From Candidatus Binataceae bacterium (GTDB lineage Bacteria > Desulfobacterota > Binatia > Binatales > Binataceae), in assembly GCA_963752805.1 (NCBI GenBank), contig CAVWAA010000008.1, forward strand, positions 78,384 to 142,383: a stretch of 64,000 nucleotides of DNA, written 5' to 3'. Below, piece by piece: positions 20,632 to 30,825 of the stretch. Every line of letters begins with the position of its first letter. The first letter of the stretch is position 1. Below the pieces are notes generated by a model. It did not search any database. It saw nothing but the letters and a program-made list of their open reading frames with translations, and had not been told where the DNA came from. A program made the position numbers and the translations under genes.

Positions 20632-21086
20632 GAAAGGAAGTGTCACACTCCCCACCCTCCGGCGGGATGCACTCAGCCGTTCTTCCGCATGGTTATCCTG
20701 TCTAGTTGCCTTCGAAAACATACTATTGAATGAGGCGCTTCTGCGTTGGGCCCACCCCTTACTGCCCCACAATACGCGGGTTTACGCAACGGTCCCACGC
20801 CCAAAGGATTCGGTTTTTGGATGCAAGCGACGACACTCGGAAGCTGTGTCAATTATTGCGTCAATCAACCTCGCGCTATTCGTCTTGAAAGCCCTTTTTA
20901 GGGCAAAGTGGCTGCTAACATTGGAGCTCGTATACGGGGATCAGTCCGACGCGCCACACCGGCGGACTGGTAGGATATTGCAGATTATTAGTCACCGCAG
21001 TTTTCGGCTCGTCTTCTGGGGGAGCGAAATATATCCGACGATGACGCTGCAACCGACACCGCCCGAGACTGCCGCCAGTCCGCAAT

Positions 21087-22778
21087 ATGGCCGCTGAGGA
21101 AGCAGGACGCGGAAATCGGCCTTCAGAAGTTCGGCATGAGGCAAATAAGACTGCCGAGGAGGCAAAGCAGAGCGACGACGCACCCGGCAAGTCGCTCCTG
21201 CGGAAAAGATTCGGCCCGTTCACGATCTCACGCGGCAGGCGCATCCACGGCAAAGATAGCGGTTTCGCGAGCATTATAGAGTCGCGCGGCGGTCAATTGT
21301 GGATGATGTGGGACAGCACCTGGGTCACAGTCTTTGAAGGCGAAGAGCGCGTGTGGCCGTCCTTCAAGCACATCAGCCACTTCGCACAGCGGCTCGAACA
21401 GCTCGAAGGGCGGCCTGGGCGTACCGTGGCCGAATACGAAGATACAGAGTCTTTGCGGGCCTGGCGCCGCCGCCAAGAGCGACTTAGGTACGGCAGAGAA
21501 ATATGTGTCCCCGAGTTGTCTCAGACTTTCGGTTTTCACGCTTATCGTATGCACCGGTGGAGCAACAGGATAACGCTCGTGTTCGATCTACCCGACACAA
21601 CCGTCGAAGCGGTTCTGCCGGTTACCGAAACGTGGCCATGGAAAGAGGAGTCATTGGCGGCTGGACTTTATTGGTGGAGCTGTCTTTTGGTAGGCGAGGT
21701 TCGTTCAGGTGTTTTGCAACACTCAGAACGTTTGTCACTGGAAGACCAAAGGAGGTTACGGTTGGAAAATGCTATCGTGGGTGCTCTCCTAGACGTAGGG
21801 TGTAACGACAATGTTATCAGGTTGATAGCATTAAACATGGCGCGTCACGATGAAGAAGCAGAGCGAAAGCTGGCGGAAGAAGAACATCGTCAAGAAGCTT
21901 TGCGCATATCAAACTTGAGGATCGGCAAACCGCCGCAACCTCCATACGGAAACGAAATCATAGATGAGAAGCTGAACGCTTTCGGTGTCCGTGCTTATCT
22001 CGGTGTCCGTGCTTATCGAAGAAGCGACCCAGTTACGTTCGTCTTTCAGCTACAGCATGCCGTTCGTGACACGTCTTCTATGCACGAAGTCGCAATAGCC
22101 GCGAGGCTGACACCCGACTATTGGGCTGGCAGGCGGCTAAAAATCTACCAAGTGACAGAAATGCTTGTCGCGGCCGGGCGTGACTTCCGTAAATTCCGGT
22201 CAGACACCGGCGCCATCAGGGACCCCATCGACAATCTTCTCCTCAGTTGCTGGCGCGACGCATTTTTGGAATCAGGCCACGGCGATGAGGTGTTCAGAAA
22301 AGTCGCTCTTCAAATGGCCGAGATGGAGCCTCGCATTCGAGAGAACGGTGGTGCTCCGATAACAAAGACGGATGCGAACGCTCACGCGCCGCAGGCCGCT
22401 CCTAAACGGCAGCGCGATTGGTTTTTGCGCCACGATTGGTTTTTGCGCCACGATTGGTCGCTTATACTAGTTCAACTAGCGGGAGGTGTGGGTGCACTAT
22501 ACGTAACCACCAATGGTACTGACGATAACTATAGGTCTTATGAACACCTTTATCGCGTGGTCATTTGCGGGCTGAGCGTTTATTCCGCGTGCGTCGCGGG
22601 CATGTCACGTCGCGCCGGCTGGGCGTGGCTTTTCGGAGCTGTGGCGCTGATCTACAACCCAATTGTTCGGGTACATATGGAGGACTACGAGTGGGACGCT
22701 TCGAACTTGATCGTTGGTCTGATATTCGTTGCGTCAGCTTTGCGGACCCTTTTCGGTCGAGCCAAACAACTGGAGTAA
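21087..22778 (+). CDS. Hypothetical protein with internal tandem repeats and C-terminal transmembrane helices (islet gene 3)
   Basis: 563-aa ORF. In-frame tandem 18-bp repeats at 21983-22018 (GVRAYL GVRAYR) and 22415-22458 (RDWFLRHDWFLRHDW). Three or four hydrophobic helices in the last ~110 aa. No family recognised. Confidence 0.55.
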   Translation: MAAEEAGRGNRPSEVRHEANKTAEEAKQSDDAPGKSLLRKRFGPFTISRGRRIHGKDSGFASIIESRGGQLWMMWDSTWVTVFEGEERVWPSFKHISHFAQRLEQLEGRPGRTVAEYEDTESLRAWRRRQERLRYGREICVPELSQTFGFHAYRMHRWSNRITLVFDLPDTTVEAVLPVTETWPWKEESLAAGLYWWSCLLVGEVRSGVLQHSERLSLEDQRRLRLENAIVGALLDVGCNDNVIRLIALNMARHDEEAERKLAEEEHRQEALRISNLRIGKPPQPPYGNEIIDEKLNAFGVRAYLGVRAYRRSDPVTFVFQLQHAVRDTSSMHEVAIAARLTPDYWAGRRLKIYQVTEMLVAAGRDFRKFRSDTGAIRDPIDNLLLSCWRDAFLESGHGDEVFRKVALQMAEMEPRIRENGGAPITKTDANAHAPQAAPKRQRDWFLRHDWFLRHDWSLILVQLAGGVGALYVTTNGTDDNYRSYEHLYRVVICGLSVYSACVAGMSRRAGWAWLFGAVALIYNPIVRVHMEDYEWDASNLIVGLIFVASALRTLFGRAKQLE

Positions 22779-22831
22779 ACAATCCACATCAAGCCAGGCT
22801 GAGTCGGAGCTACGACATGAATCGAATCCCA

Positions 22832-22951
22832 GGCCGCCGTCCGCCGGCGATGGCCGCGTCCGTGGCGGAGCATTGAAGCTGTACGGAGGATTAAGCGGCC
22901 CAGGAACACGCGGGTAAATCCTATTGCGCTATAAAAGGGCGTTACCTGGAC
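22832..22951. repeat. Right copy of the islet-flanking direct repeat; retains a relic of the MFS C-terminal coding sequence
   Basis: Encodes ...PGRRPPAMAASVAEH*, matching the MFS gene end ...PGRRPLAMAASPAGR*. Aligns with 18697-18820. Confidence 0.65.
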
Positions 22952-23283
22952 GCCTCATGAGACCGGCTTGACCGGGATCGGCTCGGTGGCATTGAGGTTT
23001 AGACACAATCAACGGAGTCGGTAACGGAGCGAATAAAAGCGCAATGAAAATCGAAGGGCGAAAACGCGGGACCCTTTGCGCGGCAACCACGCGCGAGGGT
23101 GACAGAAAAGCGTGGCGCGCCCCTGGTCTTGCCGTGCTCAATGCGTCGGCTCTGCCCGGGCGCCGCGCATGCGGAGTATAATCCCATCCCAACTTCAGCG
23201 GCAAACTGGCGGGACAGCAGTTCCGCGATGGGATTAACAGCAAACTCAACGGCAGCGACACTATCGCGCCGCAGCTCGCGCAT

Positions 23284-23397
23284 ATCTACTTCTATCAATT
23301 CCCCTGCGACCGCCTGCGCATAGCGGCAGGCGGGGTCGGCGGTAAACACCTTGCCGTTCAACAAGATCAAATCGGGACGAACTGGGGTATTGCTCAC
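23284..23397 (-). pseudogene. 5' fragment of an amidohydrolase-family gene (truncated or frameshifted)
   Basis: N-terminus MSNTPVRPDLILLNGKVFTADPACRYAQAVA is the typical start of metal-dependent amidohydrolases. The rest of the ORF has no amidohydrolase character. Confidence 0.3.
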
Positions 23398-23500
23398 GGC
23401 CTGCCCTCCGCTGGCAATCAGACTGATCGTAACGTTTCGCAGGACTCAGGCTAACCTCCCTCAGCCGCGCGGCCGGGACGCCGCGCAAGCCCTCCCGGTT

Positions 23501-24331
23501 TCAGGAGGTTTTCGGACGGTCAGGGTGCGGCACCAACCGTTCAATCTCCTCGTGCAGCAGCGCGTTGGAGGCGACGAAGCCTTTGAGTTTCACCGACGGT
23601 TTGTTGAAAAGCATCTCGCTGCCGTCGATATCGGTGATGCGGCCGCCAGCTTCGACGATTAATGCCGCCCCCGATGCAATGTCCCACTCACTTTTGGGTG
23701 TGCGGGTAAAGGTGGCGTCAGCGCGTCCGGCAGCGACCAGCGCGAGCTTGTACGCGACGCTGCCGATTGGATTTACCCGCAGTTTTCCCTCATAGGTCTT
23801 CCATTCGCCGCGTGAAGTCTCACTGCGGCTCGCCAGCACTGTGGCGTGTTCCAAGGTTGGCGTCTGGGTGACGCGCACCTGGCGCGAGTCCATGTAGCAT
23901 CCGCTGCCGCGCGCGCACCAGAACATTTCGCGCTTAATCGGATTGTACGTCACGCCCAGGATGGGATGACCGGCTTCGGCGAGCGCAATTGCGATCACGA
24001 ACTCCGGAATGCCTTTGATGAACTCTTTGGTGCCGTCGAGCGGATCGACGATCCACACTCGATGGCAAGCAAGCCGGTCGGAGTTGTCAGCGGTTTCTTC
24101 CGAAAGCCATCCATATTCCGGGAAAGGAGCGCGGAGCAGGCGTTTAATTTCGTGGTCGGCGTCGAAGTCGGCGGTGGTGACAGGGTTGTCTTTGCCCTTC
24201 TGGTCAATTTCAAATCCACGATCGCGAAAATACCGCTCGAGAATCTCGCCCGCTGATAGCGCGGCCTCGCGTGCAAGGTCGAGTTCGCGCTGCAGGTCCG
24301 CGGAGGGTGGTGTCACTTCGTTCGAGGGCAT
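23501..24331 (-). CDS. Inositol monophosphatase family protein (SuhB/CysQ-like)
   Basis: IMPase signature WIVDPLDGTKEF and downstream WDIASGAALIVEAGG motif. Confidence 0.8.
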   Translation of the reverse strand: MPSNEVTPPSADLQRELDLAREAALSAGEILERYFRDRGFEIDQKGKDNPVTTADFDADHEIKRLLRAPFPEYGWLSEETADNSDRLACHRVWIVDPLDGTKEFIKGIPEFVIAIALAEAGHPILGVTYNPIKREMFWCARGSGCYMDSRQVRVTQTPTLEHATVLASRSETSRGEWKTYEGKLRVNPIGSVAYKLALVAAGRADATFTRTPKSEWDIASGAALIVEAGGRITDIDGSEMLFNKPSVKLKGFVASNALLHEEIERLVPHPDRPKTS

Positions 24332-24345
24332 CCTAGGTTGCTTCC

Positions 24346-25485
24346 TTATACTCTTCTTGCTGCCGCTTTCATGCGTGGTTGCCTACGGCGCACTTTTTCA
24401 TAAGCGTCGGTCAATTCCTTGAGCATTGCTGCGCGCCGTTCATAAAGGCGGCGTGGTTGGCGCGGCCTGGCACGCGCCAACGCATAGGCGGTTATCAATG
24501 GCAGCGCCACTGTCGCGTCAACGTAGCACACAACGGAGTCCGGCAGCCGTTGCGGATCTATTTTACCCCAACTGACCGCCTCGCTGGGAGTTGCACCAGA
24601 GAGTCCGCCGGTATCGGGCCGCGCATCGGTGACCTGCAGGAAATAATCGTGGCCTTTTTCCGCTACGCCCATTACCTCCTGGATTTGTGGCTCGGTCTGC
24701 AGCACAAAATTTTTGGGCGAGCCACCACCCAGAATAAACACCGCGCTCTTCATTCCGTGTTTCTTTGCCGAGTACACAATCGCCGCCGTCTCGTTGACAT
24801 CGGCCAGGGGATCGAGCCGGAGGCTGCGCCCCTCAAACTGCAGCAAGGCGAGATTCATTCCTATCGAGGAATCGCCGGGTGACGAGGTATAAACCGGCAC
24901 CGCATGATCATACGCTGCCGCCAACAGCGAGCGGCCCTTGAGTTTAAGCACGCGCCCACGTTCGGCCACATAGCGCCCCGCCCGATAGTGGAACTCCGCG
25001 GTGCTCATTGGCTGTTGGAATTCGGCGTTTGCCGCGAGCTGTCGAAAAAAAGCATCGGTCGAAAGCAGTACCTCGTAATCGAAAAAAATGTCGTAGATGC
25101 GCACCACACCGGACTTGCGCAAGGCAATATCGTCAGCTTCGGACCAACCCTGGAACATCTTGAGGCCGATGCCGAAGTGCGTATCGTGATAAAGGTTGGC
25201 GCCGGTCGAGACGATCCAATCAACGAAGCCGTTTTCGATAAGGGGGATAAGGCATGACATGCCTAGTCCGGCGGGCGTGAGTGCGCCGGTTAGGCTCATG
25301 CCGACGATCGCATCAGGGGCGAGCATTTTTTCGGCGAACAAGCGGCACGCATCGCGCAGGCGGCGGCCATTGTAGGCGAGGAAGGCGTGGTCAACGAGTT
25401 CGGCTGCGCTCATCTCACCACGCACTGGCGGCGGCGCGATGGTTGTGCCACGCAGGAAAGGATTAGCTGAGGACTTCCGGGCCAT
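24346..25485 (-). CDS. Deoxyhypusine synthase-like protein (homospermidine/deoxyhypusine synthase family)
   Basis: Conserved [11 protein letters not shown] and [10 protein letters not shown] segments. The track ORF starts at 25554 but the Met at 25485 (MARKSS...) is a more likely start. Confidence 0.75.
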   Translation of the reverse strand: MARKSSANPFLRGTTIAPPPVRGEMSAAELVDHAFLAYNGRRLRDACRLFAEKMLAPDAIVGMSLTGALTPAGLGMSCLIPLIENGFVDWIVSTGANLYHDTHFGIGLKMFQGWSEADDIALRKSGVVRIYDIFFDYEVLLSTDAFFRQLAANAEFQQPMSTAEFHYRAGRYVAERGRVLKLKGRSLLAAAYDHAVPVYTSSPGDSSIGMNLALLQFEGRSLRLDPLADVNETAAIVYSAKKHGMKSAVFILGGGSPKNFVLQTEPQIQEVMGVAEKGHDYFLQVTDARPDTGGLSGATPSEAVSWGKIDPQRLPDSVVCYVDATVALPLITAYALARARPRQPRRLYERRAAMLKELTDAYEKVRRRQPRMKAAARRV

Positions 25486-25768
25486 TTTCGGGCGTCGCCT
25501 CGATGCGTTGAGCGCCGCGCGGCCGTAAATGGGCTCGCTGCGGTACGCCCACAATGGTAGCCGCCGTAATCCGCCGATACCATCGTAACGCCGGTCGCAT
25601 CATTTCCTGAAGCATTTGGGCCGAGGCTCGTGCCGGATCGAACCGCACCGCTGAGATCCTTCGCCACCGGGGGTCAGTATGAATGTTCAGCATACGGCGC
25701 GGCCGTTTGCCAGCGGGCGATACTGCCCCTAAGATAGCGCGGGGATCGATCCGCCGAGGGGACAACCT

Positions 25769-26590
25769 ATGGCGATAATTGCACTCACGCAGCATTTGGG
25801 GACGCGTGCGTTTGCTCTCGGCCGCCTCACGGCTGAACGGCTGGGCTATCGTTTCTTAACCGCCGACGAGCTAATCGCGCAGACCTCGTACGTCTTCAAG
25901 GTCACGCCTGAGGAACTGGTGATAGTCAACGAGCGCCGTCCGCATTTCTGGGAACGGCTCAAAACCGACACGCAGCGCGTTGTCGCCTTCTTCCGCGCCG
26001 CCCTGCTAAAGGAAATGGCGACCAATAATCTCGTCGTGGCCGGTCGTTCAGTCACCTTTCTGCTGCCGGACTGCGGATGCGGGCTGCGGGTTCGGCTGAC
26101 CGGCCCATTCAAGGAACGGGCGCAAGAAGTAGCCCGGGAGGAAGGACTCACGCCGGCGGTGGCCGAGCGCCGGGTGCGTGATTACGACCGCGAGGTGCGG
26201 GCCCGGGTGCAGACGCTGTTCAACTATGACCTGGATGACCCGGCCAACTTTTCACTGGTGCTGAATACTTTTGCGATGCCACTCGGCACTGCCGCGTCAA
26301 TGCTGGCTTCGCTGGCAATCGAATTGGATCACAGCACGCGGCCAGAGCAATGGGCCCGGATGGGCGACGCCGCACTCGAAGCGCAGATTCGCGCGGCGCT
26401 TATATTACATCCCAAGATCGGACATGCACCGGTCGAGGTTCAATGCGCCGAGGGCGCGGTCCAGATCAACGGTCCGGGGCTAGTGCCACCATGGGACGAT
26501 CTGGTGAATGAGGTGGTGCGTCAGGTCGATGGAGTGATCTCAGTCGAGGTGGTCGCCGACGAACAACCGGTAACAGTCCGCCCAGCGTGA
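25769..26590 (+). CDS. Cytidylate kinase-like family protein (AAA_28/Cytidylate_kin2-type) with C-terminal BON-like region
   Basis: N-terminus MAIIALTQHLGTRAFALGRLTAERLGYRFL resembles the cytidylate-kinase-like family (degenerate P-loop). C-terminal GVISVEVVADE is BON-like. Confidence 0.55.
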   Translation: MAIIALTQHLGTRAFALGRLTAERLGYRFLTADELIAQTSYVFKVTPEELVIVNERRPHFWERLKTDTQRVVAFFRAALLKEMATNNLVVAGRSVTFLLPDCGCGLRVRLTGPFKERAQEVAREEGLTPAVAERRVRDYDREVRARVQTLFNYDLDDPANFSLVLNTFAMPLGTAASMLASLAIELDHSTRPEQWARMGDAALEAQIRAALILHPKIGHAPVEVQCAEGAVQINGPGLVPPWDDLVNEVVRQVDGVISVEVVADEQPVTVRPA

Positions 26591-26617
26591 TCGATACGTG
26601 TCCCGACAGGGAGAGGA

Positions 26618-27394
26618 ATGATTCGCGGAATCGATCACATCGTCATTGCCGTGCGCGATCTCGAGACCGCGATCGCGGATTACTCCACTCTGGGATTTAC
26701 CGTGGTGCGGGGCGGGCGGCATTCCGGGCTCAATACTCATAATGCATTGATTGCTTTTGTTGACGGCTGCTATTTCGAGCTGATTGCTTTTCCGGGCTCG
26801 CCTACCGCGGCGGCGCATTGGTGGTACGAGGCTTTGCAGCACGGCGGCGGCCTCACTGATTTCTGCGTGCAGAGCGACAGTGTTGAGGATGATGCGGCAG
26901 CATTTCGGCGGGCAGGCGCCGCTATCACTGCTGCCTTCACAATGGGCCGTGAACGGCCCGACGGCTACCGAATTAGCTGGGAGTTAGCAGTCAACGAGGG
27001 CGACACGCGCGGGCTGGTGCCGTTTTTCATCCGCGATATCACACCGCGAGACGAGCGCGTGCCACGCAAGCGCATACATCACAACGGCGCCGCCGGGGTA
27101 CAAAGCCTCGCCATCGTGGCCGCCGGCGTGAAGTCAATTGGGCTGATCTACGAAATGGCTTTGAGTCGGTGTGGCGAACGCATCGAGCGTGACGATTTGC
27201 AAGCTGACGGGGTGCGTTTTGCGTTAGGCCGGCACGAAGTTCAACTCATCGCGCCACGCAATGGTGCGGGCGTGGCAAGCGAGCGCTTGCGAACGCGCGG
27301 CCCGTCGCCGCTTGAAGTGAAAGTAGGCGGTGGCGCGACTCAGGGCCTGCTCGACATGAGCCGCGCGCACGGAGCGCGCGTCGTGCTAGCGTGA
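26618..27394 (+). CDS. VOC-family (glyoxalase/bleomycin-resistance/dioxygenase) protein
   Basis: MIRGIDHIVIAVRDLETAIADYSTLGF N-terminal VOC beta-alpha-beta-beta-beta module. Confidence 0.7.
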   Translation: MIRGIDHIVIAVRDLETAIADYSTLGFTVVRGGRHSGLNTHNALIAFVDGCYFELIAFPGSPTAAAHWWYEALQHGGGLTDFCVQSDSVEDDAAAFRRAGAAITAAFTMGRERPDGYRISWELAVNEGDTRGLVPFFIRDITPRDERVPRKRIHHNGAAGVQSLAIVAAGVKSIGLIYEMALSRCGERIERDDLQADGVRFALGRHEVQLIAPRNGAGVASERLRTRGPSPLEVKVGGGATQGLLDMSRAHGARVVLA

Positions 27395-27534
27395 CAGGAA
27401 AAGGTCGTCCGCTCCGCCGAAATACCTGCCCTGAAAGTGCATCTTCTTCCAGCCGCCAATTGAGCGGGGTCAATTGTGGATTGGCGCCGTGGCGCCGCTT
27501 GCGCATGGCGTAGTCAGCAGCGGACGATCAGGGT

Positions 27535-30500
27535 GTGCATGGAGTGACTAAACCGGTCAGGCGGTTATTCGTCTCAGCGCGGGCCGCGAAGCGAATTGCG
27601 GTAGCTCGGGCGGCATTGGAGGAACTGGCCGGCGGCACCAAAGCGCTGGTGCTAGCGCCGACGCAGGAAGCCGCCGACGAATTGGTGCGCGCGGTCTCCA
27701 TAAAACGAGGCGCGCTCTTCGCTGTCGAACGGCTGATGTTGAATCGGCTGATCGGATTGCTCGCGGGTGACTCCGCCGCCGACAAGAGGCTGGCCTTTCT
27801 TAGCCGCCTCGGTGCTCGGGCGGTTGCCGCGCGGGCGATTTTCCGCCTTCGAGACGACCCGCGCATGGAGCAGTTTCACGGGGTCAACTTGTTGCCTGGC
27901 TTTGCTGCAGCGCTTGCCGAAGCTCATCAGACATTAAAGGAAAACTACGTTGACCCTTCACGGCTGCGATTGCTCGGCGGCGCAGGCAACGGGTTGGCCG
28001 CGCTGCTCGAGCAATTTGATATGGAACTGCTTACCGCTCGGCTGCTCGACCGTGCGGGAATGATCGAAACTGCAATCCGATCACTTACTGAAGGCGCCGG
28101 TCGGCGGTTCGCCGAGGTATCTCTCGTTCTCCTCGACCTCAGGATTGAGTCGCAGTGCGAACGTGATCTAGTCGCCGCGCTGGTGACTTACTCACCAGCA
28201 GTCATCGCGACTGTGCCAGCCGGCGACGAGCGTTCCGAGAAGTTGCTGGCCGAGGCGCTCGACCTAACACCCAAGGAGATCGAACAACCGGAGGTGACCG
28301 GAGCAGAAACCGGCACGCTCCCCACATCCCTGGCGCGCTTGCAGCGTTACCTGTTTGCGGCAATGGCGCCGGCAGAAGCGCCGCGCGACGGGACAGTGAC
28401 CGTGCGTCCGGCGGCGGGCGAAATGCAGGAATGTGTGGAAATCGCGCGGGACATCCTGGCTGAGGCGAAAAGTGGGACGCCGTTCGACCGGATCGCGCTT
28501 TTATTACACACGCCGGAGCGTTACGCCCCATACGTACGGGAGGCGTTGGCGCGCGCCGGGATTCCGGCTTGGTTTGCCCGTGGCGCCTCGCTGCCCGAGC
28601 CGGGCGGCCGCGCATTGTTGGCGTTGCTAAATTGTGCGGCAGAACGGTTTTCAGCCCGCCGCTTCGCCGAATATCTGTCGCTCGCCCAATTGCCGGAGAC
28701 GGAATTGCAACCTGGCCCAGGCCCGCGCGGCGCGTTTGTGCCGGCCGAGGCGGATTACATGCCGGCCAGCGTTGAAATTGCGGCCACTCCCAGCGCGGAA
28801 GCGGACCCAGATCCAGATGTCGCGACCGCGGCGCGAGCGCCATGGCGATGGGAGCAGTTGCTGGTCGATGCCGCAGTCGTCAACGGGCGCGAGCGATGGG
28901 AAAAGCGGCTTCATGGATTAGAGAACGAACTGCACCTCCAGCGGGGCGAGGTTGGTGACGACGATGCACGCGCCGCCCTGCTGGAGCGGAAGTTAACGGA
29001 CCTTGTGCACCTCAAAAAGACCGCATTGCCGATTATCGAACGGCTTGCTGCTTTGCCAAAAGCCGGCAACTGGGGCGAATGGCTGCAACAGCTGCGCGCA
29101 CTGACGGCGCATGCGATCCGCGACGACGGCGAGGTGCTGCGAACGCTCGCCGACCTGGAGCCAATGGCACCGGTTGGGCCAATCACGCTCGACGAGGTTC
29201 GTATCGTGTTGTCGGAACGGCTCGGGCATTTATTCTCACCACCGGCGCGCCGCCGCTACGGGGCGGTTTTCGTTGCGCCGACTTCGTACGCGCGCGGACT
29301 CGAATTCGATGTGGTGATGGCGCCGGGTTTGGCCGAGCGCATGTTTCCGAAGAAACTGACAGAGGATCCCCTGCTGTCCGATTCGATGCGGCGCGAGATT
29401 AGCGCTGAGCTGCCGCTGCAGCGTGACCGCGTTGCCGACGAGCGGCTCGCGTTGCGGCTGGTGGCCGGATGCGCTGAGCGGGCGATTTTTTCTTACCCCC
29501 GGGTCGATATGGATCAGGGACGGCCGCGGGTCCCCGCATTTTATACGCTCGAAATTTTGCGCGCCGCGGAGGGGTGCTTGCCCAGCTTTGACCAGCTGGC
29601 GAAGCGGGCGGCCGGTGAACGCGCGAGCCGGCTCGGTTGGCCCGTGCCGAAACAGCCCCAGGACGCTATCGATGAAGTCGAATTCGATCTCGCTGTGCTC
29701 GATCGGCTGCTAGATGCAGCTCCTGAAACGACGGTCGGCGCGGCTCATTACTTGCTCGACGCCAATCCTCATCTGGGGCGAGCATTGCGAGCGCGCGCGC
29801 GCCGCTGGCTCCACCGATGGACGCCTAACGACGGCATGGCAGAACCCGACTCCCGGCAATTGGCCTCCCTCGCCCGCCATCAACTGGCGGCACGCTCATA
29901 TTCGCCGACCGCACTGCAAAATTACGCCGCCTGCCCTTACCGCTTTTTTCTTCAAGCGATCGTGCGCCTCGAACCGCGCGAGGAGATCAGCGCGATCGAA
30001 GCAATCGATCCACTCACACGCGGAGCGCTTTTTCACGAGGTGCAGTTCGAAACCCTCAGCGCCCTACGCGCCATGGAATTACTGCCGGTCACCAATGCCA
30101 ACCTCGAACGGGCATACACAGTGATGGAGGAGAGTCTGGGGCACGTGGCCGAGCGTAAGCATGAAGAGCTAGCGCCTGCAATAGAACGTGTATGGCTCGA
30201 TGGCATCGAATCGATCCGTGCCGACTTGCGCGAATGGATGCGCCGAATGACGGCCGCCCCCGATTATTGCCCAGAGCGCTTCGAGCTGGCCTTCGGCCTG
30301 GCCGACCGCAAGCAGGCCGACCCCGCCAGCGTCGACGCGCCGGTGCCGCTAACTGCGGCAATCAATTTGCGCGGCTCGATCGATCTTATCGAGCGCGGCC
30401 CGGGCGCGCGGCTACGCGTGACCGATCATAAGACCGGCCGCGTCCGCGCCGAAAAGAACCTGGTGATCGGTGGCGGCAAGAGCTTGCAGCCCTTGTTGTA

Positions 30501-30825
30501 CGCGCTCGCCGCTGAGCAGATTCTGCAGGAACCGATTTCCGCCGGCCGTCTTTACTATTGCACCGCCGCGGGCGGCTACGAAGAGCGGACGGTCGTGCTC
30601 GACGACTCCGCGCGCGCCGCCATTGACGAATTCGCCCAGATTATCGGAGCGGCACTGAGCCAGGGTTTTCTGCCGGCGGCGCCGGGCGAGCGCGAATGCG
30701 AGTTCTGCGACTACCGCCGGATATGCGGCCCGAACGAGGCGTACCGGGTGAAGCGAAAACTCGAAAAAACAAAAGAGACCAAAGCGCGGCTGGCAGAATT
30801 GGAGAAGCTCAGGGGAATGCGGTGA
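27535..30825 (+). CDS. addB: ATP-dependent helicase/nuclease subunit AddB-like (inactive-helicase N-domain plus PD-(D/E)XK nuclease with Fe-S cysteines)
   Basis: 1096-aa ORF. C-terminal RecB-family nuclease motif (DLIERGPGARLRVTDHKTGR) and cysteine cluster CEFCDYRRIC. Directly precedes and overlaps (GTGA) the UvrD-type addA. Confidence 0.8.
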   Translation: MHGVTKPVRRLFVSARAAKRIAVARAALEELAGGTKALVLAPTQEAADELVRAVSIKRGALFAVERLMLNRLIGLLAGDSAADKRLAFLSRLGARAVAARAIFRLRDDPRMEQFHGVNLLPGFAAALAEAHQTLKENYVDPSRLRLLGGAGNGLAALLEQFDMELLTARLLDRAGMIETAIRSLTEGAGRRFAEVSLVLLDLRIESQCERDLVAALVTYSPAVIATVPAGDERSEKLLAEALDLTPKEIEQPEVTGAETGTLPTSLARLQRYLFAAMAPAEAPRDGTVTVRPAAGEMQECVEIARDILAEAKSGTPFDRIALLLHTPERYAPYVREALARAGIPAWFARGASLPEPGGRALLALLNCAAERFSARRFAEYLSLAQLPETELQPGPGPRGAFVPAEADYMPASVEIAATPSAEADPDPDVATAARAPWRWEQLLVDAAVVNGRERWEKRLHGLENELHLQRGEVGDDDARAALLERKLTDLVHLKKTALPIIERLAALPKAGNWGEWLQQLRALTAHAIRDDGEVLRTLADLEPMAPVGPITLDEVRIVLSERLGHLFSPPARRRYGAVFVAPTSYARGLEFDVVMAPGLAERMFPKKLTEDPLLSDSMRREISAELPLQRDRVADERLALRLVAGCAERAIFSYPRVDMDQGRPRVPAFYTLEILRAAEGCLPSFDQLAKRAAGERASRLGWPVPKQPQDAIDEVEFDLAVLDRLLDAAPETTVGAAHYLLDANPHLGRALRARARRWLHRWTPNDGMAEPDSRQLASLARHQLAARSYSPTALQNYAACPYRFFLQAIVRLEPREEISAIEAIDPLTRGALFHEVQFETLSALRAMELLPVTNANLERAYTVMEESLGHVAERKHEELAPAIERVWLDGIESIRADLREWMRRMTAAPDYCPERFELAFGLADRKQADPASVDAPVPLTAAINLRGSIDLIERGPGARLRVTDHKTGRVRAEKNLVIGGGKSLQPLLYALAAEQILQEPISAGRLYYCTAAGGYEERTVVLDDSARAAIDEFAQIIGAALSQGFLPAAPGERECEFCDYRRICGPNEAYRVKRKLEKTKETKARLAELEKLRGMR

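Noticed and set aside
21983-22458. Short tandem repeats considered as possible CRISPR or minisatellite array
   Set aside because: Only 2-2.5 copies each, 18-bp units with no spacers, and both lie in-frame inside a CDS. Not CRISPR.
28202-29402. Multiple 80-210-aa ORFs on both strands inside addB
   Set aside because: Arg/Pro/Ala-rich shadow ORFs. addB motifs are unambiguous in the annotated frame.
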